Assembly (NCBI GenBank): GCA_050084985.1
Contig: JBITNC010000001.1
Coordinates: forward strand, 147,312,001 to 147,376,000
Origin: Nageia nagi
Taxonomy: Eukaryota > Plantae > Pinophyta
Length of the DNA stretch: 64,000 bases
Direction: 5' to 3'
Part shown: piece after piece, positions 12,669 through 25,939 of the stretch
Layout of the letters: every line of letters begins with the position of its first letter
Position numbering within the stretch: the first letter of the stretch is position 1
Position numbers and translations under genes: made by a program
Notes under the pieces: model-generated
Told to the model about the DNA's origin: nothing
Database searches by the model: none
The model's input: the letters and a program-made list of their open reading frames with translations, nothing else

Positions 12669-15600
12669 GTCATTGTTGTGACATGTCAATTTCCATTCAA
12701 AGCATCTACTACTTTAATTTCCTTTTATTTTATATACTTGATTCTAAAATTATATTCATATATGAACTTCATCCATCATCTTTACCTTTCATTCAAGTAT
12801 GGTTGGGTAAAAATATACTTTAAACTTTGATGATTTCTTTTCAACCTAAATTATTATATAAATAGGTAATGTCTCCATATTTTTAAAGCATGAACTACAA
12901 TTTCCAACTCTTGATCATTAGTTACACAATTCATTTCATGAGTCTTCCATTTTCTTGACTCATAAGCCACTAGATTTCTATTTTATGATAGGAAAACTCA
13001 TAAACCTTCCAAAGAGGCATCAATATACACTAAAATATTAGCATGACGATCTAGAATAGTAAGCGTATGTGCAGTATTGATATTTTCTTTTAGGATGGAA
13101 AAAGCCTTTTCACACTTTTCTATCTTTTTAAAGTTTTTTTTTTAATATTAGTGATAGGATGGAAAAAGTCTAGTAGATAGCTAGACCCATGAAACTTCTT
13201 ACTTTTATCACATTATTTGGTGTAGGACAACTCGATATAGCCTCAAATTTCTTTAGATCAATAGATATCCCATTGTTTAAAATGATGTGCCCTAAGTATT
13301 GAGTTTGTGTGATATAAAATTCATACTTAGATAATTTTCCATAGATTTTATTTTTTCTTCAATACTTCTAAGTCTAATTTTAAATAATGAGTGTGTTCCT
13401 CCTTATTCCTTGAATAAATGAGAATATCATCAAGAAATACAAAAATAAACTTATCAAGATATTTAGATATACATTGTTTATTAAGCTCATGAAGCCTATT
13501 AAAGAATTGCTTAACTCCAAATGTAATATCATAAATACATAATTCTAATACCTTATTTTGAAGATTGTTTTATGTGTATCTAAACTATTCATTCTTTGTT
13601 GATGATAACCTACTCTTAAATCTATTATGAAAAATATAATTGTATCATGTAGTTGATCAAATAGATCATCAATTCTAGGTAAGGGTATTTATTCTTGATG
13701 ATAACTTTTTTTAATATTATATAGTTAGTGTAATGTCTTAGTGTATCATCATTATTTTTCATAAAGAGTATCAAAGCACCCTACGAGGACTCTAGTCTTA
13801 ATCAAACCTTTCTCTAGAAGATCCTAAAGTAACACCTTTAATTCCTATATTTCAATTATTTTAATCCTATATGGAGATTTATATATGCATTCATCTTAAA
13901 ATATCAAATCAATTAAGAAATCAAATTCTCACTTTGGTAACAAACTATCTAGATCATTAGAATATACATCATATAATTCTTATAATAGAGGATAATTATT
14001 TAATATTTCAATGTCCTCATTTTTTTTCTACCTCCTTTACCCTAACATCATATATCATCTTCCCTTTTCTTATTCTTCATTTTTTTACATTACCATAAAA
14101 AGATAAGGTTTAGAAGGTCTTTTTCACTATAAACCTTATGTCTTATCTAATGAACATCAATATAATCAACCCATATCTCATAAAATTTGATTAATTCATT
14201 GTGATCCATTAACCAATCCATGTCTAAAATAGTATAAAAATATGTGAATGGCGCTACATATAAATCCCATATAGTGCTTCCTTTAGGCAAATTTATTTTC
14301 ATGTCCTTAAAACACTATTTAATTAGGATTTTTTATTCATATCCATACCCAAATTTCCACCCATTGATTAAAAATTTTGGTATCATAGGAATTTATTTAA
14401 CCAAATAACTAGAAATAAAACTATTTTTACACCATAATATATCAAAATTTTGAAATATTGGTTGGTGAGAGTACCCAAAATCACCCCAAAATTTGTAAAT
14501 GAGTCACTTATCCTCTTGGTTGAGTTAATATGGTAGCAACAAAAATTGAATATTCCTTAGGTTATTTTATCTTAAGTGGATATTGGTTATCATGATGAGC
14601 ACTATTGTAGTTCTAGTGTCTATGTCTAAGTCCCTTTATTAGTTTTTTAGATATATCCTTTGGTTGATTTTGGTTGAATCTTTTCTCCTAAAACCCTTGA
14701 CCTTTATTTTGGTACGCTTAATTTCTATTCACAAAATTATGATTCTACTTTTCATTTTATGAGTTATTCTTTTAGAAATTCTTCCTTTTGTTATTTTTAT
14801 TTCCAAAATATTTCTTTTCAAACTTTGGTTGATTACATCTATTGTGACCATTATTGTTATTGAATTTAAACTTATTATTGTTTGGCTTATAGGCTTGCTT
14901 TTCCTTTTTTGATTTTATGAAACTAATATAATTATTCTTTCATAAGGTTTATTTATGCTTTTCATCCATAATAATATAATTCATAAAGGAATTCTTAATG
15001 CCCATATTTATTTCTTCTCTTTTTGCTAGATCATAAGCTTCTTCTAAAGTTTTGGGACTCAATAAATTGATCACTATTTTAATTTTTGTATCTAGTCCTA
15101 TGATGAATTGATGTATATTCATGTGCTTTTTATACTTAGGTATATATCCAAGGAGTCTCATAAACTTCTAATAATAGTTCTACACACTCATAGAAACTTG
15201 TTGAAGGATGTAGTACTCTTCACACTTTTTATCATAGTAGAATTGAGGGATGAATCTTTTCATGAATGTTGCAACAAAATATTTCCACTTGAGATACTAG
15301 ATCTCATGCTCTATCTTGTACAAGTTCCACCATTCAAGTGTAATATCTTAAATATTGTAGGTGGCCCACATTATTTTTATCTCAAGAGATAGGTTTCTCA
15401 TAGAGAAGTGTGTTTCAACCTCCTCCAACCATATCTTGGATTGTCTACCCTCTTATTTTTTATTGTACTTTAGGATTTGGGTTTTGTTCAAATCTGTGAC
15501 TAATTCCTTTTCTAGTTTACTAGGGTTGCTCATTCATTTTAGTAGGACATACTTATTCTAAAATAGCTTCATCATGTGGTATAATAGCTTATTGATTTAG

Positions 15601-15945
15601 AAGATTATTCATAAGCTCTTATTTATTAGCCAATTGTTCCTATAGTTTCATGATGGCTTCTCCACCATCATTCTTCCATATGGAACTATGTGTAAAATTC
15701 TTAATTTTATTGTTATTTAGAATCCTATGATTGATGTTATTCATATTTTAGTTCCTTAATAAGAATACCATGCATTACTACACCTTAGGGCAAGCTTTCA
15801 GAAGATCTTGTAACTTGTTTTGGGGGTTTGATAATATGAATCTAATAAAATGATTTTTATTAGGTGCAAGCATACTCTGTTCAACTTTCCTAGATATGTA
15901 CAACAAAAAGGTTATGGATCATAGATCTAAGAGATTGAAATTGAA
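12669..15945 (-). pseudogene. gag-PR-RT-RNaseH relic of related chromovirus element 2, cut after RNaseH by LTR A1
   Basis: Gag QFIIGLDTKIKIVINLLSPKTLEEAYDLAKREE (ORF 14949-15161, paralogous to ORF 6355-6909). PR LIYYGVKNSFIS (~14410-14445). RT VFLDDILIYSRN (~13405-13441). RNaseH end KEIKVVDAL (~12700-12730). Confidence 0.9.
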
Positions 15946-15957
15946 GGTCTAATACCA
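15946..15957 (-). promoter_or_regulatory. Degenerate PBS (tRNA-iMet) of element 2
   Basis: Minus strand tggtattagacc versus consensus TGGTATCAGAGC, in the same position relative to gag and LTR as in element 1. Confidence 0.7.
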
Positions 15958-17479
15958 ATATAGCATCACCACCTATTCTTGACTTCACCAATACCTCAAA
16001 ATTTGATAACTATTTTTTTATTTAATATTTAGAACTTGAAGGATTTAGGAATGATAAAGGAAATCCACATGGGCATATCTACTTTTCTAATTAAATGACA
16101 CATACATGATAAGATTGATCAAATACAAATTAATCAATCTTGTAATAATATTTTTAGAGTTCACTACCATAATGTACACATCATTGGGAAGATAATGCAT
16201 ATGTGACCCCACCATTTCTGTACACTAACTATGCTACAAACTATAACGACCTAGCCAATTGCACTATTAAGACTCAAGTACCAATGAGGATTATAATGAG
16301 TTTAAGATTGAATTATGTTATGTGATGAATAATTTTTAATAGAGATATGTTTATTTGTGTTGGTTTGATGATGGATTAGAGATTTTATGACATAGGTTAT
16401 AGGTTGACTCGAGATGGAAAGTGCAAATAAAGTTCCAAGGGACCAAGGGTTATTTGGTGATGGGAATGGAAGGGTAAGAGTGAGGAAATGATTAGCATTG
16501 GTTCATTGATAAAATCTAATGACCATCGTAGATCATTTAGATGCATAACATAATTATTAAGCATGATTATTGATTTCAATGATGAATGTGTGGATGTCTG
16601 TATACACTAATGAACTTACCTTGCAAGAAAAAGGGATCACCATTAGTAAAAATAAATGTTAAAATCCTGATGTGTATTTTTAAAATTTATTTTGAAAGAG
16701 GCAAGGAATATTCCATTCTTTTGAATTTAAATTTTTAGTCAAGGTTTTTAATAAATTGGGAGAAATTTAAAAGTGATAATTAAAAAGGACTATTATACTT
16801 TTGTGGATATTACAAGTTATTTTAGTAGTTTATGAAAATAATTAAGATATGATCCCCACCTATCTTATTTCTTTGTGTTAGGTATAGAAAATAATTTTCC
16901 TCAATTTTAAGCTAATATAAAAGAATCCAAAATATTTTATGTCACCACACTTACCAACAAAATTAATTAAAACCCACCTCACAAAAAATAAAATACCTAC
17001 ATCTTCCCCACAAAAATGATTGAAGGGGACAAGTATGTTGGCTATAAATAAGAAGAGAAACCTTAGAAAAAAATGCCTCATATCATATTCTTTTCCTCTC
17101 TTCTCAATTTTAGTCTAGATTTTCATGGAGAAGGCAATCCCCTTTAGTCAAGCCCAAGTGCTTTCCTTTACATTCTATATTTTATTACCAAAATGCTTAA
17201 CTATGATATAGTTTCATTTGGTATTATTTAATATATTTTGGAAGAAAAGAATGTTTTTTAAAGATTTATGAATAGATATCAATGAGGTTAATTGCTATAA
17301 TTAACATTATGCTTGATGAAAAGACATAATATTATTTTATTTGAAATTTTACATGTGAAGCTTGCACTCCTATCTTGATAGGAGGAGTAATTTATTTCAA
17401 AATTTATATAAAGGATAAATTTTAGTTTCCTTATTGTATGGTGCTATACATATTAATTTATTAGTTAAAAATACTATTC

Positions 17480-18060
17480 TTATGCACTCAAAGCCATGCA
17501 TGTTCATGAGAGTCTTGTTTACAAAAGGACCTATGTCCTTTGCCTTAGTCTCCTAGCATTATAGCATGCCCCCTAATGAGATTTCAACATCTATTTGAAA
17601 TATTATGGGATTGCTTATATGGAAGGTATTAAGAGTATGTTTTTAAGTGTTATTTATTCTCCCATGATGTGATTCGTAGCCTAAAATCTTGTATAGATAA
17701 AATCCAAATAGATAGTAAGCACCATTTAAAGTTTGGTTTTACCCTTAGTAATTGAAAAATTGAGGCCTTGCATATAACTTGTGAGGGATCATATTAGAAT
17801 AATACTCATAAAGGTTTCAAATCTTGGCTTTACATATGATAGTTGTATCATTTTTAAATGCCTTTGTAGTTTTGTATACCCTATAATCATCGCACCATCT
17901 AAGATAGTGTCTTGGCAAGAAAATTTGATAAATAAATCATATGCATCTCATCCCCATTCTATTGACTTTGCATTTCACCAAATGAAGTATTCTTTAAATA
18001 TTTAGATAGTATACTCTATGCTAAGTTTGTAAAGATCATTGGACCTTGGAGAGAAATGTT
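17480..18060 (-). pseudogene. Captured PLS-class PPR fragments inside LTR B (antisense to the LTR)
   Basis: Minus strand 17947-17790 reads DAYDLFIKFSCQDTILDGAMIIGYTKLQRHLKMIQLSYVKPRFETFMSIILI, matching DA..LF.KM...D.VSW.AMI.GY....FKQMQL.GVKP...TF.SIL. Also GACYNARRLRQ and MHGFECI downstream. Confidence 0.8.
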
Positions 18061-19596
18061 TACTCTCATGTATAATAAAATTTACCTCCCTCTTTGCGTA
18101 CAAGGTCTCTAGGGTCAAAGTTTACATTATTAAAGGTTTAATAATATGTTTCTCCATTTTAGAAAGCCTAATATTAAAGGGGATATTATATTTATTTTAA
18201 TCCCTAAACAAACTCTCCTAAAACATGTTGTTATTCCAATAATGAGTAGAGCTATGTTGATGCCTGGAAAAGGCCTCCTTAGGTATTAAAACTTGATAAA
18301 ACCCTACATCATCCAAGAAAACACTCTAAATTCATCTTCTTAAAATACCACTCACAATAGTTTGGATTGAATAAACTAAATGGTGGTAAGGGATAAGCTT
18401 CTTAGATAAGATGCATTAAATAAGTAATGTCTAAATTTCATTAATATTATGAATTTATTTTTGAGTAAATGTAGAAAGCAAGTTTATTAAATGATAATCC
18501 AATTATACAATGAGCACTTAATCCTTGAGTATGAAGTAGTTATGATTTTTCATCATAATATTGATGTATAAAGCTTATGGATTATTAAAATGTTCATTTA
18601 ATGTATTCATTTAATAATAATAGATAGTATGCATAATTAAAATCTTTAAGGGTATATAGATTATGACATGCTTGTGTATTGATCTATCTTGTGATCAAGG
18701 AAGGGTGGCAGCCCAAGAGAAGGCATAAAATCCTCATGAGTTCCCACACCATATAGTTAATTACATTGCATCATGTTCATATGGGAGAAAAGGGTTTTCC
18801 TAATCCTCAAACTCTTAACCTTTTTTAGTACTTGTCACTACTTTTGGGTCCTTGGGAGAAACTTGAAAGATGAAGATGGATATTCAATATCAAGAGGAAG
18901 AATATGCTTGAATACTTTCTAGACCAAACTTATTTATATCTACCATGTATACTATAGATTGTATGGAAACCCTCTTGTAAATCATAGGGGTTACCCTAAA
19001 TCTTTGTACTTTAATATCATCAAGTAATAATTTTATAGAATGCAAGTTTGGTGGAAAACTCATGTAATCCCTTTAAGGTTTAATTAATGGGCATATGATA
19101 TACTCTACTCTTTAGTGCATTCTTTTTTATGTCTCTTAAATGTTATAATAGTAACTATAATCCTATATGAATATAAGAGGTAATACAAGAACATTAAGAA
19201 CACTAATGATTGATCTGGGATCAATTATTTTAGGATCGATAGGTCATGGGTGGTTTTCATTTTATAATATTTATTAAAATTAATTATAATATACAAATAA
19301 TTCAAGGGTGTTATTTCAATACCAATGGCTCCCTAAGATATGGGCATGTGAATGTTGGACCCCATGGTGAGCCTAGCCAATAGATATGGGTAGGCTAGTG
19401 TCTCATATCCTTGACAAGGTATCAAATGAGGGTAGGATGTGACAAAACTATGGTTATTAGGTGATAATTATTTAGTAGTCATACTACTTATAGTTTAGCA
19501 CCTAGGAGTATGATGATTATTCCATCGGTAATGATGTTTACCTGCTCATAAGGATATTTGCCTAGGATAAACTATTTGGTTGTATGAGTCAAAGGA

Positions 19597-22500
19597 TGTA
19601 ATGCATCCTCTTATTCTAATAATCCAAAATCCTAAATTTCAAACCAATTTTTATTTATTTATTTTAACACTAAAAATATCTATAAATGGAGTCAAATGAT
19701 CCACATGAGTTGTCAATGTTGCTAGCTAGTCAACACCCATATGGTAAGATTGAATAAAGACCAAATTATCCAACCTTGATTAAATCTATTCTGGTGTTCA
19801 TTCTACAATGCTCATCCCATTAAGGATATTCCTTAAATGTGACCCCACCGTTTCCACTTCATGAACTATGTAGTAGGTATTTTGTACATAGTGTAGTGGT
19901 TTCCTACTCAAGGCCCATATCACCCAAGATAACATACATGTACTAGGTTACACATCCTCATCCGATGATAACTCTTCGACTCATAGGAGCAAATAGTTTA
20001 TCCTAGAAAAAATTCCTTATGAGAGGGATACATTATCACCTATGGAAAAGTCATCATATTTATATGTACTTAACTACAAGTAGTATGACTTTCAAATTAC
20101 CTTCACTTGATAATTATAGTTTTATGAACTACTATCCTCAACTGACACCCTATTGAGGGTGTGAGACACTAACCTACCCATATATATTAGCTAGGCTCAC
20201 CATAGAATTTGGAATCCCTATCCCCATATATTGGGGAGCCATGGGTATCAAAATTACACCCTAAAGTGATTTTTATAGTCTAATTAATTTTTAAACAAGG
20301 TTATAAAATAAAAACCACTCAAGACCTAATGATACCATAATGTATGGAGGAAGATTTTAAACAACTTATTTAGGAATTTATGAGATATGTGTAGATTTAA
20401 AAATATCCCATATGCATGGTACTACATAATTACTACCACTTTATAAAATTTCTCATATTATTATTTGGTAATGTGCCTTGAGATGACACTAAAGTTAGCT
20501 ACTACTATAAAGGAAGTATGGTGCAAAGTGGTCCATGGTCAAGGAATATTCTTTTGGAGTGTCATTTAGTGAGGTAGGTTAAACTAATAAACATTCTATT
20601 CCATATTTAGTATCTAATCCTTCTAAAAGTTTATTTTTGATCAATTCAATTCCTTAGGGTTTTTCCTTCTTAGCCTTCATTTCATGTTAATCCTTTTTCC
20701 TTGTTTGGATATCCAAGTATTTCCAAATGTTCCCATAGGATTTCAAACTATTTCATTAGTTACCAATTGATCCATTCATTCCCATTTTGATCCTAAGAAT
20801 CTTTAATATTTCCTAATTTATTCCAAACCTAAATTTGGAACCATAATTCTAAGTTGGGTTCTTTTTTGATCCATTGGGTTTTATTAGGGTTATTGACCTT
20901 ATCAATCTCCTAAATTTAGATATCTTTGTAAACACTCTTGGTCAACAATATTTTTTTATTTATATTAAATAAAATGATCATGTTATAGTCACATACAATA
21001 TTTATTTCATATTAGATGTCATGAAAACTTGATGGTATTGTATAACTCTATTCAATTATAACATGTATCCATTAATTTTTTGAACAAAGTAAGAGAAACA
21101 AGAAATATTGAATTAATAAGATACATATATTTATTAACTATAGAGCATCTACTAAAGAATCTCACAAAACCATCCATCCATTATTAAAACTTCATGAAAC
21201 TACCTTTCATTAAATATTACAAGCATAAGTTAATATAAAGGAAATAATAACATTTACAAATGATCTTAGGATACAAATAGGAGTGTAACTTCATTAATGC
21301 ATAAATAGGTCCTATTTACAAGCCATGCCATAGCAATTTGTTCATTAATACATCTTTGCCTCATTATAGAAACACCTTGTTGATCTTCAATACATCTTTA
21401 TCGAGTCTTCATCATCTTTTGTTGAGCTTCTTTCCAAGGATATGTATAGAATTAGATCAAGTACTAGGAATGGTATAGAGTTTAAGGATCAAGACAACCC
21501 TTTTTTACTTATGACCATAATGCATTTTTTAATGGTATCTAAAATATTAAAACATTTCTATAGATCTCAATAGGTTTGAAGGTCCTCTCTTCCTTGCTCA
21601 CATTTAAAAGCTAATTGATACACAAGAATCTTTCTCAAAGAAATATCATTATTACCTCATAGTACACATCTTCCAATATTATTTTATTCTCCATTATAAT
21701 AATACTTTAATGATGTATACTATATAATTTTATTCAATAAATACCTAGTCATATTTCCTTTATTGAAACTTCTTTAAAATCAAAAATACCTTACCTATAT
21801 TTTAAATATAATCCTTACTATCATATATGTTGTATGCAATTAATTAAGAGAAACTAATCATTCTACTTCCTCATGTGTTTGTACAAGACAACTTGATGAG
21901 ACACACCATGGATGATGTACGCCAATCATATTATATGTCAAAGGTATTTTTGGAAAGGTTTGGAGGAATTCAGGCTTCAATATATAAAATATTTTTGAAC
22001 CTAGCCTATGCATTTGGGGATTTGGAAATACAATAATCAATTTTCCTAAGTCTCAGCATTTAGAGAACACAACTAAAATAAATTTTATATAATTTCTCTA
22101 AAACAACTATTGAATTAGAAAATGTAGAGAAAAAGGAGAAGGTCTCTCATGCTACTTGGAGCTAGTAGCAAGAGTAGACATGTTGAGGAAGAGATTTTTA
22201 TTAATAGCATCAAAAAAATAAACATATATCCCAAGGCATTAAGAGATTCATAGAGAAGAGGCAACACCTATTTGAATAAATTTTAGATGCATGAGGTTAG
22301 GCATAGGATAAACTATATTTGACATTCTTTCCTTAGCTTTACTATTTCCTAAATACAATTAAATGAAATCAAAATTGAATGGTGTTTTATTTATAGCACA
22401 TCATGAGAAGAAAATGAAAATGAGTAAATAACAAATTTATCTCATTTTTGACTACATCATTTCAAAAACTATTAATTAACACAAGAGCTAAACTCATGTT

Positions 22501-24444
22501 ATTCATAAAATAAATTCTTGTGAACATAGTATGGGGCATGCAATGCTCAATGAAAAAGGCTAATCTAAAACCTAGACAAACAATCTTCCATAGCTTCATG
22601 GTCTACAACTATGAAATATATACTTACAATATGGATATCCTAAGGGGTGCACCTTATTCAATGTTTAAAAATAAATTTTAAAACCTTTTTTGGAAGTTTT
22701 TAGCATATGCCTTTAAGGGATCTTGGGGAGAAGGTATGGAAATCTATTAAAAGTAGTTTCCAAAAGGTTTTACACCAAATATTATGGCCATGAGTACCTG
22801 AATAGCCATGTATGCAAAATATGGGAGAATGTACTAAGATCAAAAATTGTTTGACACCAGCTATGATGAAAACTAGACCCGTGTATTACAATGATGGCAA
22901 GATATGCATAAAAAATGAGTTATCTGAAAAGGGATGATTCTCAGGACTAAGCCAAACCATGCATCCTTTACCAACATTCTTCTAGCATATACCATTAAGA
23001 GAGCATGCGAAGGAGGTAGGGGGTCTTATCAAATAATAGTTGAAATGATTTTACATAAATTAATGTGGCTATGAATCTTAAAGTAATGTAAAACATGAGA
23101 GAAAATATAATAGGGATTAGAGCCAAGAAATCAAAATGTAAAAATTGGATTTTTTTCCAAAGTATGAGCTTCCATGAACTTTTCATAATAGAATTAATTG
23201 ACTAAGCTCATCAATATATTAAAATACATAACATATTTATGCTCAAGACTTCCCATAAATTTAAATAAAATGGGGAAAACTAAAAGGATCCCACTCCTTT
23301 ACTTTTTAAAGAAAATATAAGGTACCAACCTTCACATGCAACATGTCAAGAAAAATAATCAATATGTCTCTTCAAATGGTATAAGACCTCCAATAGTAAT
23401 TAATTATATGAAACTTTATTGAATAATACTTTTCATACAACTCATTAAATAACATGAAAATAGGAATACTTTAATTAGGCATTTTAAAAATTCAAAAGAA
23501 TACACCTAAACTTGGAGAGAGAGAAAGACTTCTTTTCTTCACGTAACTCTACACCAAAGCTTGAGAATAATGAGAATGAAATGATAATAGATAGATAGGT
23601 GTTTATTTTTTTATAATGTTCCATCCTTATATTTATAGCCAAGGAGGTTCAAATATGTCCAAACAAATTTCTCCTCATATCTTCAATAATTTTTGGGATA
23701 GGTTTGATTAAATTTGTTGATGATTGAAATGAAATTTAATACCTTGGAACCTTTCTTATTAAATGAAAAATTAGTGGTAACTATTTTCCATAATTAAGAC
23801 ATGAAAACAACAATAAGTAAGGTCATTACTCAATTATTTTCCTAACCATTAAATATCTTGTAACATCACAAGGTGACCTTAGTCCTTTCTAACTTGTCTT
23901 GTTTTAATTTTCACTTTAATTTACTAACAACTATAACTAAAAATTTGAATTTAAAAGATGGGAATATTCCTTGCCTCCTATTTTTTTTTAATTTTAAATT
24001 ACAAAAATTTATAATAGTAAATCAACCACACATCTTACCTGTGATGGTTACCTCAATATGAATGATAATTGTTAACCCACACATGTCCATAAATACACAT
24101 TCATCATGAAAATCGATATTCATGACTAATTATTGTACCATGTAGTTAAATGATCTATGATTATCATTAGGGTTTATCAAAAAACTAATGCCAATCATTT
24201 CTTCACTCTTACCCTTCCATTCCTATCACCAATTCACCATTGGTTCCTTAGGTATTTTTCACACTTTCTATCTCAATTTAACTAGTAACCTATGTTAAGA
24301 CATCTCGAAGCCAACATCAAACTAACACAAATAAAGTATATCACTATTCAAAACTCATCATCACATAGCATAATTAAAGCATAGTCTCATTTGAATCCCT
24401 TATAATAATCAAGTATTAATAATGTAATTGGATAGGCTATTATA
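19597..24444 (-). mobile_element. Solo LTR copy C (~4.85 kb) inserted antisense into LTR B
   Basis: Termini tgtaatgcatcc (19597) and ...gataggctattata (24444). TSD aagga (19592-19596) / gagga (24445-24449). Removing it rejoins gagtcaaagga|ttatgattaggtgagg, matching the reverse complement of ~59364-59395. TATA (+ strand atatttatagcc) at ~23629-23640. Confidence 0.88.
22520..23020 (+). pseudogene. Captured PLS-class PPR tract inside LTR C (antisense to the LTR)
   Basis: LAYAFKGSWGEGMEIY*K*FPKGFTPNIMAMST*IAMYAKYGRMY*DQKLFDT..., then CITMMARYA*, then TKPNHASFTNILLAYTIKRACEGG. This is a decayed L-S-P-L run (consensus ACA..GALEQG.EIH..I...GF..NV.V.TALI.MYAKCG.I..A..LFD; KPN..TF.SIL.AC). Confidence 0.88.
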
Positions 24445-25939
24445 GAGGATTATGATTAGGTGAGGATGCATAACCTAGTGGATGTACTTTCTCTTAGGTG
24501 ATATGAGCTTCGAGTAGGAAATGAATACATTATGTCCAAAATATATATTACACAATTTGTGAAGTAGAAATGGTGGGGTAACATATGAGGTGTCTCCTCA
24601 ATGGGATAAGTGTTGTGGAGTGAACACTAGAAGAGATTTTACCAAGGTTGGTTAATCCATATTTTAGCAAAGCTTTCCATGTGAGTGCTGACTAGCTAGC
24701 AACATTGACAAGCTCATGTGGATTGTCTAGTCTATTCCTAGATCATTCAAATGATTAAAATAATAAAAAAATTAAGTCTTAACTTTTAGGATTTTGGATA
24801 TCAAAAATAGGTAAAAATACTATTAAGAATAGGTGGATACATTACACAAATATTCTAGTCATGATGTAGTGGTTTTGTACTTGAAGATGCCCATATCACC
24901 CAAGACAACACTCATCCATAAGATTAAATATATAAACTAATGAATAACCCTTTGTATCAATTCTATAGGTATGGTTATCCTAAAATAATATTCTACATGA
25001 TATGGGTATAACATCATCACTTTATGTAACATTCATCACTTCCATATGTAATTAATTATAGGTAATATGAACACAAGTTCCCCTCACCTAGTAACTACAA
25101 GTTTGTAACCTACTATGTACTTATCTAATAATCTATGAAGGGATATAGACCATTAGCTTAGGCATATCTACCAGTTAGGTGAATCATATTTTCTAGTATC
25201 CCCATGCCCATATATTGGGGAACCATTGATACTTTGCTCATGTAATACCAATAATGTCCTTGAGTGGTTGGTTTAAGTCTAATGATTTTTTTAAACAAAT
25301 TTAAAAGAAAATACCACCCAACTATATCATCCTAAGAGATATTTAGCACCAAGCCAAATAAGTTTCTTATTTATTTGATTACTTGTTTAAAATAAAATCC
25401 ATGGTGTTTTCTAAGTCCTAATCATCTCAAACATGATTATGTGCAAAATAATACTTCATAAACATAAATCCATGTTCAAATGTGATAAAACCAATACATT
25501 TTATATAATGAAAATTAAATCATGTAAAACATAATTCCAAATTTAGATACTAAATATTTAAATATAATTGATACATTTTCTTCATTGGAAAATAAGAAAT
25601 TCAAGTGTACAAGGGAAGACAAATAATATACAAGTAATAGTACAATAAATAAATATCCTATTGAATGTTTTTAGTGATGCCTAATATTAAACTAGCTAGA
25701 AACCATAGTAAACACTAATATTTAATTATAAGAACAATAATCCAAAGTATAACAAAATAGAAATGAATTAAGCAATATTGGATCAATATAACACCAATGC
25801 ACTAATAAGAAATGGATTGAGAGATAGCTACATACTTTTTAACTTTACCTAGGATGATGAAGATTATATGTATATAGGAGATTATCAAATATAGTGACCT
25901 TGATATATGGATCCCTATACTAAATGCAAATTGGAACCC

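Larger units (their letters stand above)
16242..24846 (+). mobile_element. Solo LTR copy B (~3.75 kb of own sequence) inserted antisense into LTR A2, itself split by LTR C
   Basis: Starts tataacgacc (TGTAACGACC) and ends gatacattaca. Flanked by 5-bp TSD caaac (16237-16241) / caaat (24847-24851). TATA gctataaata at 17041-17050. Confidence 0.88.
15959..25450 (-). mobile_element. 5' LTR of element 2 (copy A2), split by inserted LTR B; its own sequence is 15959-16241 plus 24852-~25450; U3 end not found
   Basis: ...actatgctacaaac| (16241) rejoins |attctagtcatgatgtagtggtt (24852), restoring the sequence seen uninterrupted at ~8043-8080 (actatggaatagacattttggtcattatgtagtggttt). Confidence 0.8.

Noticed and set aside
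17370-17395. gataggaggagta as a miR482/2118-type trigger site next to the cassette
   Set aside because: Only a ~10-nt match, and not visibly conserved in A1, C or D.
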